Assembly (NCBI RefSeq): GCF_002514735.1
Contig: NZ_KZ300476.1
Coordinates: forward strand, 599,872 to 663,871
DNA from: Sediminicola luteus
GTDB lineage: Bacteria > Bacteroidota > Bacteroidia > Flavobacteriales > Flavobacteriaceae
Reading direction: 5' to 3'
DNA length: 64,000 bases
Under the pieces are notes generated by a model. The model saw only the letters and a program-made list of their open reading frames with translations. It did not search any database and was not told where the DNA came from. The position numbers were made by a program, and so were the translations under genes. Of the stretch, positions 57,052 to 64,000 are shown in pieces (the stretch's first letter is position 1; each line of letters starts with the position of its first letter).

Positions 57052-58197
57052 ATGCGTACCCAATCTTTTAAGAATTACTGTATGAGAATTTGTATTACCC
57101 GGTCAGAAAAAAACGCCTATTCGGAAACCTTCATCCATAATCAAATAAAAACGTTTACTGAAAATGCCGATGTGGTGACCTTATATGGCGGCCGTTATCC
57201 TGAGCGAAAGGAAGATGGTTCCCTGATAAACTCTAGACTATTCTGGGCGCTTCATAAAATCGTAAAAACAGTTTTAGGACGGAACAATTTCTTTAGCGAT
57301 TACGGCATGAAGAAATTCCTAAAGGAGAACAAGATCGATGTCGTTTTTGCAAATTATGGTATGCCGGCCTCCCATATGGTGGCCCCATGCAAGGCCCTGG
57401 GCATACCGCTGGTAGCCATCTTCCACGGACACGATGCCACCGATAAAAAGCTCATACAGCAATACAACAACTACAAAGATCTTTTTGCCTACGCTTCCCA
57501 AATAGTAGCCGTTTCTAGAGTAATGCAAGAAAAGCTTTTAGCCCTAGGGGCAAATCCCAAAAAACTTATCATGATACCTTATGGCGTCAAAACCGCATTT
57601 TTTAAACCAGGCCAAACCGACAAACAACCAAGTTTATTGGCCGTAGGCAGGTTTACCGCTAAAAAAGGACCTCTCTATACGATAAGGGCATTTCACCGCT
57701 TGGTACAGCAAAGGCCAGACGCCACCTTAACCATGGTAGGAAAAAAAGATGGTCTTTTTGAGGCCTGTGAAGAGTTGGCGAAAACACTTAACCTAGAAAA
57801 ATCGATTCATTTTACAGGAGTGCTCACACCTGTCGAGATTGCCAATTTGATGCAAAAATCGATGGTTTTTGTGCAACACTCCCTTACTGCACCAAATGGC
57901 GACATGGAAGGTACTCCTTTAGGTATTTTAGAAGCCAGTGCGGCCGGTCTACCTGTCGTAAGTACCCTACACGGGGGTATCAGGGATGCGGTAATACATG
58001 GTAAAACCGGCTATTTAGTTGAAGAAAAAGACGAAATTGGAATGTACGAATACCTACTGGATTTGGTAAGCCACCCGGAAAAGGCAGCGGAATTCGGGGC
58101 AAATGGGCGTAAACACATTCAAGAAAACCACGAACAAGACGTACAATGGGGCAAAGTGTTGGAAGTAGTAAAAAATGCTGCCAAACCAACGGTTTAA
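57052..58197 (+). CDS. Family 4 (GT-B) glycosyltransferase
   Basis: C-terminal 'EGTPLGILEASAAGLPVVSTLHGGIRDAVIHGKTGYLVEEKD' is the typical GT4 EX7E region. Confidence 0.75.
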   Translation: MRTQSFKNYCMRICITRSEKNAYSETFIHNQIKTFTENADVVTLYGGRYPERKEDGSLINSRLFWALHKIVKTVLGRNNFFSDYGMKKFLKENKIDVVFANYGMPASHMVAPCKALGIPLVAIFHGHDATDKKLIQQYNNYKDLFAYASQIVAVSRVMQEKLLALGANPKKLIMIPYGVKTAFFKPGQTDKQPSLLAVGRFTAKKGPLYTIRAFHRLVQQRPDATLTMVGKKDGLFEACEELAKTLNLEKSIHFTGVLTPVEIANLMQKSMVFVQHSLTAPNGDMEGTPLGILEASAAGLPVVSTLHGGIRDAVIHGKTGYLVEEKDEIGMYEYLLDLVSHPEKAAEFGANGRKHIQENHEQDVQWGKVLEVVKNAAKPTV

Positions 58198-58208
58198 CCC
58201 TTACGAAA

Positions 58209-58235
58209 AAGCCCCTTTCCGATAGGAAAAGGGGC
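58209..58235. terminator. Putative bidirectional terminator
   Basis: Stem 'agcccctttcc'/'ggaaaaggggct' around loop 'gata'. Confidence 0.5.
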
Positions 58236-58364
58236 TACAACTAACTAACCAAACTAATCAATATGAAAAAGCCCTTTTCAGGGTTTTACCCATACCATCC
58301 CATTCTAAATGCCCCAACCGTATTGTAAACTGAGTAAAAAGATCGCATGGCTTTGTAGAAGTCC

Positions 58365-58778
58365 CTATCGCACTTCAAAAGTTCTTTTCGGCTGAACTAA
58401 TTCCGCTTTTTTAGGCATATCCAACCTCAGGATACCCGCTTCATAGCTTACCCCGATTTTTTCAATATCCACGGAATCGGGTAATGAAAAACTACGTTTA
58501 TATGCATAATGGGTAATTTCCCTTTTGGTATAGCGTACGCCTTCTTCGATTTTTTCCTTGTTGGCCTCCGTGGCCAGGGTCAACACCCCTTTATCTACGG
58601 TTACCTTGATATCTTCCTTTTTGCGCCCGGGCAACTCAACGGCCAAAGCAAAGGCGGAATCGGTCTCTGAAATATCCATTGGTGCCAATCGTGACTCGGT
58701 ACCACCGAACCAATCCGGCTTGAACATTTCATCTAATATGGAAGGTAAAAACGCATCATTTCTCTTAACTATATTCAT
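58365..58778 (-). CDS. Hsp20/alpha-crystallin family small heat-shock protein
   Basis: Alpha-crystallin domain pattern 'DISETDSAFALAVELPGRKKEDIKVTVDKGVLTLA...FSLPDSVD...AGILRLDMPKK'. Confidence 0.8.
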   Translation of the reverse strand: MNIVKRNDAFLPSILDEMFKPDWFGGTESRLAPMDISETDSAFALAVELPGRKKEDIKVTVDKGVLTLATEANKEKIEEGVRYTKREITHYAYKRSFSLPDSVDIEKIGVSYEAGILRLDMPKKAELVQPKRTFEVR

Positions 58779-58889
58779 CTTTTGTTCTTTTAAAGGTTAT
58801 ACACCTCCATACAGACAAAGACAATACCATTTGAAAAACAATGTCATTATGGCATTTTTTGTATTGTGATTTATGTCATAATGACACTT

Positions 58890-59291
58890 TTAGTTGTAAT
58901 GGGCCCGAAATATATCGATCAACACCTTGGGAGGGACAATTTTATTGGGGTATTTATGCATTATAGAAAGCACTTGGGAAATTGCTGAAGGAGGTAGCCC
59001 CATATGCAACCCCACCTGATGCAATCGCTCAACTTCTTCAGAAGAGGCATGCTCGTCTACATTCATTAAGAGCACCAATCGGTGGAAATGTAATATACGA
59101 TCGGCTTGCGATTTTGGAATAACCCGTTTGGCTTCGCCATCCATAAGCTTGTTAAATGCTACTTTTGAAATACCCAAACCCTGGGCCACCCCAAGTAAAA
59201 AGTTGTATTCCGATTCTTTAATTCCCCGATCTACCCGGGCAAAGGCGATCATTTCCGAAAGTATGCCCAATTTTTCCTCATATCCATCCAT
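58890..59291 (-). CDS. TerB-like (tellurite-resistance TerB family) protein
   Basis: The all-helical 133-aa sequence 'LGILSEMIAFARVDRGIKESEYNFLLGVAQGLGIS' resembles the TerB fold. Confidence 0.4.
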   Translation of the reverse strand: MDGYEEKLGILSEMIAFARVDRGIKESEYNFLLGVAQGLGISKVAFNKLMDGEAKRVIPKSQADRILHFHRLVLLMNVDEHASSEEVERLHQVGLHMGLPPSAISQVLSIMHKYPNKIVPPKVLIDIFRAHYN

Positions 59292-59443
59292 AGCGATACC
59301 ATAACCTATATATAACTACCTCCACTTGGTTTTCGTATACCGTTACCATACTTATCGAGGAACTACAACACCAATTCACCAGTAATGGACAAAAAAAATC
59401 CCGGCACATGACCGGGATTATCAGATTCCAAGGCTTGACTTCG

Positions 59444-59788
59444 TTAAGATTCCGCCGTAATCCTTACCGGTACGTTGAAAATACGACCTTCCTTAAAGTA
59501 CTTTTGCTCTACCTTTTGGTAGTTAAGACGACCTTTGATAAAAGACTCTAAGGCATCATTTTCGGTATCTACGGACAAAACGACGATCTCGCGATCTTTG
59601 TTTACCGTCACCTTTACCATGGCCTTTAGGTCTTGATCTACATCAAAGTAATTGTCTTTGAGCAATTGCCCGATTTTGACACAAATACCTTTAGTGGGGC
59701 TGTTTTTTTCAATTTTACCATCGTTGGCAAAAAGACTTCCTGCGGAAAGTAGCATCGCAGCTACTAACATTAAACTAAACTTTTTCAT
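59444..59788 (-). CDS. Small secreted hypothetical protein
   Basis: Signal peptide 'MKKFSLMLVAAMLLSAGSLFA'. No recognised domain. Confidence 0.45.
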   Translation of the reverse strand: MKKFSLMLVAAMLLSAGSLFANDGKIEKNSPTKGICVKIGQLLKDNYFDVDQDLKAMVKVTVNKDREIVVLSVDTENDALESFIKGRLNYQKVEQKYFKEGRIFNVPVRITAES

Positions 59789-60191
59789 GATTACTTGATT
59801 TAAGATTGATGTACACTAAAAAGACGTCCGTAAAACGAGATTGTTACATGAGTTTTTGCTTTTAACACAAACTTAATAACCCCCTCATTTTCAAAGTTCC
59901 AGGACAAATTTAGTAACGACCAACCGGTCACACCAAGCCATAAAACCAAGGTTAACCCAATTTTAAACCAGCTAATATTAAGCTAACAAAAAGAAGTCTA
60001 GCCCCCACTAAAACAGCGCCTTACGAATTATTGAACCAAAACCAAAGAACCCGAATAATTTTGATGGACACCAACCAAAAACCAAAACATATCATTACAA
60101 AAACAACATAGGTTTTGCGGAAATAAAAAATGGGAAACGTTAACAAAACGCTTCCCATTTATTTAAGATATTTTTAAGGTTTAACCTAGGC

Positions 60192-61385
60192 TTAACCTAG
60201 CACTTCCTTCACTTTATCGGCTGCTTCTTGGAACTGAACAGCTGAATGCACTTCCAAACCAGAGTTATCTATAATCTCTTTGGCCAATTCGGCATTGGTT
60301 CCCTGCAACCTTACGATAATAGGCACGTTGATCTCATCGCCCATATTCTTATAAGCATCTACAACACCCTGGGCCACACGATCACATCGTACGATACCTC
60401 CGAAGATATTGATCAAAATCGCCTTTACATTGGGATCTTTAAGAATGATCCTAAAAGCTTCCTCTACCCTTTTGGCATCGGCAGTACCACCTACATCCAA
60501 GAAGTTAGCAGGCTCTCCACCAGCCATTTTGATCAAATCCATGGTAGCCATGGCCAAACCGGCCCCGTTTACCATACAACCTACATTACCATCTAGATCT
60601 ACATAGTTAAGACCCAAGGCACCTGCCTCAACCTCAATTGGGCTCTCTTCGCGTAAATCGCGCATTTCGGCATATTGCTTACGACGGTATAAGGCATTAT
60701 TATCAATAGACACTTTGGCATCTACCGCCATAATCTTATCGTCAGAGGTTTTCAACACCGGGTTGATCTCGAACAAACTGGCATCACTCTCTTGATAGGC
60801 TTTATATAAAGAAGAAACAAATTTTACCATTTCCTTGAAAGCTCCACCAGATAGCCCCAAGTTAAAGGCCACCCTACGGGCTTGGAAAGGCAAAAGACCC
60901 GTAGCCGGATCAATCTCTTCGGTAAAGATCAAATGTGGGGTTTTCTCTGCCACTTCCTCAATATCCATACCACCTTCGGTAGAATACATGATCATATTCC
61001 TTCCCGTAGCACGGTTCAATAATACCGACATATAGAATTCCGATGTCTCTGAATCACCCGGATAATACACATCTTCGGCAACCAATACCTGGTGTACCTT
61101 TTTACCCTCGGCAGAGGTCTGCGGGGTAACCAAGTTCATCCCAATGATCTGTCCGGCCAAATCTTCAACCTCTTGCAGGTTTTTGGCCAACTTAACACCG
61201 CCTCCTTTACCACGGCCACCGGCGTGTACCTGGGCCTTGATCACATGCCAACCGGTTCCGGTCTCGGCAGTAAGTTGTTTAGCAGCCGTAACAGCTTCCT
61301 TAGCCGAGTGGGCCACGACACCACGTTGGATGCGTACTCCAAAACTGGCTAAAATCTCTTTTCCTTGATATTCGTGAAGATTCAT
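60192..61385 (-). CDS. sucC: Succinate--CoA ligase (ADP-forming) beta subunit
   Basis: ATG at 61385 gives '[22 protein letters not shown]', the canonical SucC N-terminus. ATP-grasp and CoA-ligase domains follow ('[18 protein letters not shown]'). 397 aa. The track ORF start at 61496 is an over-extension. Confidence 0.9.
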   Translation of the reverse strand: MNLHEYQGKEILASFGVRIQRGVVAHSAKEAVTAAKQLTAETGTGWHVIKAQVHAGGRGKGGGVKLAKNLQEVEDLAGQIIGMNLVTPQTSAEGKKVHQVLVAEDVYYPGDSETSEFYMSVLLNRATGRNMIMYSTEGGMDIEEVAEKTPHLIFTEEIDPATGLLPFQARRVAFNLGLSGGAFKEMVKFVSSLYKAYQESDASLFEINPVLKTSDDKIMAVDAKVSIDNNALYRRKQYAEMRDLREESPIEVEAGALGLNYVDLDGNVGCMVNGAGLAMATMDLIKMAGGEPANFLDVGGTADAKRVEEAFRIILKDPNVKAILINIFGGIVRCDRVAQGVVDAYKNMGDEINVPIIVRLQGTNAELAKEIIDNSGLEVHSAVQFQEAADKVKEVLG

Positions 61386-61695
61386 ATATCGCTTTGTAAA
61401 AAAGTTCGATTGCAAAAATAGCAAACCCCACCTAATTACCCTAATGATTCCGGTACAGAGGTTGCACAAATAAACCCCAAAACCGACACAACTCACAAAA
61501 CCATTACATCTCAGCTATTTAACCCTTTCTAAAAATCGACTTACTTTTGATTTAATGCATACCAAGCCCCAACCCCTAACACCATCACCATAACTACAAT
61601 TGTTGCATTTACAACTTTTTGTTATTTATTTATTGATGCGCCAGAAATCCTTGCAGTTCCCCTTTCGGAAAACTAGATTTGCAAAAAATATCCGC

Positions 61696-62934
61696 ATGGA
61701 AAACAAGCAGCTTTTACAAATTGCCCAAGAATTCGGCGCCCCGGTTTATGTGTACGATGCCCATAAAATAGAAAGTCAGTTCAATCGATTAACTGCCGCC
61801 TTTAAATCGGTGAAACAGTTAAAGCTGAACTATGCCGTAAAAGCCTTGAGCAACATTAATATACTAAGACTTATGGACTCCCTTGGAGCCGGTCTCGACA
61901 CTGTGTCGATCCAAGAGGTACAACTGGGACTAGCTGCGGGCCATAAGGCTGAGAATATCATTTTTACCCCAAACGGTGTTTCGCTGGAAGAAATAGAGAT
62001 TGCTGCCAAATTGGGGGTTCAGATCAATATCGACAACCTTTCTATACTAGAGCAATTCGGAAGCAAATACCCAGATGTTCCGGTTTGTATCCGTATCAAT
62101 CCGCACGTAATGGCCGGAGGCAACTCTAAAATCTCCGTAGGCCATATCGATAGTAAATTCGGTATCAGTATTCATCAAATCCCACATATTCTTCGCATTG
62201 TGGAATTGACCAAAATGCATATCAACGGAATCCATATGCACACCGGAAGCGATATTTTGGATGTAGACGTATTCTTATATGCCTCCGAAATTTTGTTTGA
62301 GGCGGCCAGCCATTTCGAGAACCTCGATTTTATCGATTTCGGAAGCGGATTCAAAGTACCTTATAAAGAAGGGGATATTCAGACCAATATCGAAGAATTC
62401 GGTAAAAAACTGAGTAAGCGTTTCAACGAATTCTGCAAATGTTACGGTAAGCCGCTTACCCTTGGTTTTGAGCCCGGAAAATTCTTGGTTAGTGAGGCCG
62501 GGCATTTCTTGGCCAAAGTAAATGTGGTAAAGCAGACCACCTCTACTGTCTTTGCCGGAATTGATTCTGGTTTTAACCATTTGATTCGCCCCATGTTCTA
62601 CGGATCTAATCATGAGATACACAATGTATCGAACCCCAAGGGCCGGGAGCGTTACTATTCGGTGGTAGGTTATATCTGTGAGACGGATACCTTTGGTAGC
62701 AATCGCCGAATTGCCGAGATAACGGAAGGCGACATCCTTTGCTTTAAAAATGCCGGAGCTTACTGTTTTAGCATGGCCAGTAACTACAACTCTAGATACC
62801 GACCTGCCGAGGTGTTGTGGAAAGACGGTAAAGCTATCTTGATTCGTGAAAGGGAAACGTTCGACGATCTTTTACGTAATCAGGTCGATCAAGCGCATCT
62901 TTTTGAACCTCAACAGGTTGAAGCCACGAAATAA
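61696..62934 (+). CDS. lysA: Diaminopimelate decarboxylase
   Basis: Fold-III PLP decarboxylase. 'YAVKALSNINILRLM' (PLP Lys), 'GSGFKV', 'EPGKFLVSEAG', 'GAYCFSMASNYNSRYRPAEV'. ATG at 61696. Confidence 0.85.
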   Translation: MENKQLLQIAQEFGAPVYVYDAHKIESQFNRLTAAFKSVKQLKLNYAVKALSNINILRLMDSLGAGLDTVSIQEVQLGLAAGHKAENIIFTPNGVSLEEIEIAAKLGVQINIDNLSILEQFGSKYPDVPVCIRINPHVMAGGNSKISVGHIDSKFGISIHQIPHILRIVELTKMHINGIHMHTGSDILDVDVFLYASEILFEAASHFENLDFIDFGSGFKVPYKEGDIQTNIEEFGKKLSKRFNEFCKCYGKPLTLGFEPGKFLVSEAGHFLAKVNVVKQTTSTVFAGIDSGFNHLIRPMFYGSNHEIHNVSNPKGRERYYSVVGYICETDTFGSNRRIAEITEGDILCFKNAGAYCFSMASNYNSRYRPAEVLWKDGKAILIRERETFDDLLRNQVDQAHLFEPQQVEATK

Positions 62935-63087
62935 AAATCTTACATTTACGTTAGGTTTAATACCTTCCTTAGACCAAATAAGGAGCAATCAGGGCTACTA
63001 AAATCCCATGGTTGGTAACACAAAATGCCATAAAACCTATACCCAGTACGCGTATTTGTTTTCTAGGCCTAACGAAATTTCAAAAAG

Positions 63088-63612
63088 ATGAAAAAGAAGC
63101 TACTACCTACCCTACTGCTCACCTTAATGGTATTTGTAGGTTGGCACACCCAAGCCCAAGAACTGGAATGGATGAGTTGGGAAGAGGCCGTTACCATGGC
63201 CACTACCGAAGAAAATCCGAAAAAGATTTTTGTAGACGTCTATACCGATTGGTGTGGTTGGTGCAAAAAAATGGATAAGGACACCTTTCAAAACCCCAAA
63301 GTGGCCGAGTATATGAACGCCCATTTTTATATGGTGAAATTCGATGCCGAAGGAAAAGACCCCATCGAATTCCAAGGCAAGACCTTTAAGTTCGTGCCTT
63401 CGGGCAGACGGGGGTACCACGAACTGGCCGCCGCATTGACCAACAACCGCTTGAGCTACCCCACCGTTGTGTTTTTAGATTCGAACCTAAAAATGCTATC
63501 CCCGGTACCGGGTTACCAAAAAGTTGAACCCTTTTTAAAAATCGCCAAATACTTCGGTGATGACATCTATAAAGACAAGGATTGGAACACCTACGAAAAG
63601 GAAAGTAAATAA
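63088..63612 (+). CDS. Thioredoxin-fold protein with signal peptide
   Basis: Signal peptide 'MKKKLLPTLLLTLMVFVGWHTQAQ'. Motif 'WCGWCKKM' (CXXC). Confidence 0.65.
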   Translation: MKKKLLPTLLLTLMVFVGWHTQAQELEWMSWEEAVTMATTEENPKKIFVDVYTDWCGWCKKMDKDTFQNPKVAEYMNAHFYMVKFDAEGKDPIEFQGKTFKFVPSGRRGYHELAAALTNNRLSYPTVVFLDSNLKMLSPVPGYQKVEPFLKIAKYFGDDIYKDKDWNTYEKESK

Positions 63613-63668
63613 GTTTAAACGCTAGACTATATATATTAGACCCTAGACATTAGAAATTAGAAAAAACG

Positions 63669-63696
63669 AAACCGCCTCAAGGGCGGTTTTTGTTTT
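63669..63696. terminator. Bidirectional rho-independent terminator
   Basis: Stem 'aaaccgcc'/'ggcggttt' around loop 'tcaag'. Flanked by an A-run and a T-run. Lies between convergent genes. Confidence 0.65.
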
Positions 63697-63719
63697 TATC
63701 TATTTCTACTAAATTCGAA

Positions 63720-64000
63720 TTACCTACTATAATTCGGCGATTCTTTGGTAATGGTTACATCGTGAGGGTGGCTTTCGTTGATACCACTGGCGGTAATCTT
63801 AACAAAACGCCCAGACTCTTTTAAGGTATCGACATCCTTGGCACCGCAATACCCCATTCCGGCCCTTAGTCCGCCAACGAATTGGTGTATACTCTCGTTC
63901 AGCTCGCCTTTGTAAGGTACACGGCCCACGATTCCTTCGGGAACCAATTTTTTGATATCGTCTTCCACATCTTGGAAATAACGATCCTTACTTCCTTTTT
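63720..64000 (-). CDS. guaB: IMP dehydrogenase, C-terminal part (gene continues beyond the window end)
   Basis: '[39 protein letters not shown]...[26 protein letters not shown]' is the conserved IMPDH C-terminus. Confidence 0.8.
   Translation of the reverse strand, partial: KGSKDRYFQDVEDDIKKLVPEGIVGRVPYKGELNESIHQFVGGLRAGMGYCGAKDVDTLKESGRFVKITASGINESHPHDVTITKESPNYSR

Noticed and set aside
59789-60191. 400-nt A/C-rich intergenic region upstream of the small secreted protein gene and downstream of sucC; checked for tRNA or ncRNA
   Set aside because: No cloverleaf-compatible pairing and no conserved tRNA T-loop (GTTCNANNC) were recognised. Only a terminator-like hairpin (60126-60165) for sucC. 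I cannot exclude a small RNA, but nothing is supportable.
61386-61496. 37-codon N-terminal extension of sucC in the ORF track
   Set aside because: The conserved SucC N-terminus MNLHEYQ begins at the internal ATG at 61385. The extension is Cys/Leu-rich and not conserved.
61500-61695. Possible lysine riboswitch upstream of lysA
   Set aside because: No L-box features (conserved GAGGCGC-type helices) are visible. The region looks like an ordinary AT-rich divergent promoter region shared with sucC.
1-64000. CRISPR arrays, rRNA and tRNA genes, integrases and transposases, prophage remnants
   Set aside because: I found no short direct-repeat/spacer periodicity, no rRNA-like conserved stretches and no recombinase-like ORFs. 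The two MITE-like families have no coding capacity of their own.

Overview
The window looks like a Bacteroidota (Flavobacteriia-like) chromosome segment at roughly 45% GC. Indicators are two TonB-dependent receptors with N-terminal carboxypeptidase-regulatory-like domains, a DUF4249 lipoprotein downstream of one receptor, and a T9SS type-B C-terminal sorting domain protein. Most of the window is ordinary chromosome: an M14 carboxypeptidase (5' partial), small outer-membrane proteins, and a sodium:solute symporter / acyl-CoA synthetase / alpha-beta hydrolase cluster. There are also two regulator-enzyme pairs (MarR-pirin and MarR-GNAT), GH3 and GH43 glycosidases with a NrtR-like Nudix regulator, YrdC/TsaC, a CCA-adding enzyme, heme A synthase, an ABC-2 transporter, UvrB, glycosyltransferases, Hsp20, SucC, LysA, a thioredoxin-like protein and the 3' end of guaB. 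I found no rRNA, tRNA, CRISPR array, integrase or transposase. The standout is a tightly coupled five-gene minus-strand operon (26025..34893). It encodes a YbjN-like protein, a PspA/IM30 (bacterial ESCRT-III) protein, a YqiJ/NfeD-type membrane protein, a flotillin/SPFH protein with a long Glu/Ala-rich coiled coil, and a 1607-aa giant protein. Only the C-terminal region of the giant protein is recognisable, as a MoxR/AAA_5-type AAA+ ATPase; its N-terminal ~1200 residues are unassigned. A LexA-like XRE-HTH/S24 repressor is transcribed divergently from an intergenic region rich in inverted repeats. Together this looks like an uncharacterised, possibly stress-inducible, membrane-remodelling or defence module. 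The window also carries two families of ~160-200 bp elements with terminal inverted repeats and no coding capacity (MITE-like), two copies each. They share an internal core motif. Three of the four copies sit exactly at or overlap the stop codon of a neighbouring gene. Other items worth a look are two paralogous membrane-anchored LytTR regulators, a TonB receptor / alpha-beta hydrolase / 3-hydroxybutyrate-dehydrogenase-like operon, and a DUF2975-XRE pair. The supplied ORF track uses TTG/GTG starts for several ORFs. Where a nearby in-frame ATG follows a plausible signal peptide or conserved N-terminus, I moved the start to it.
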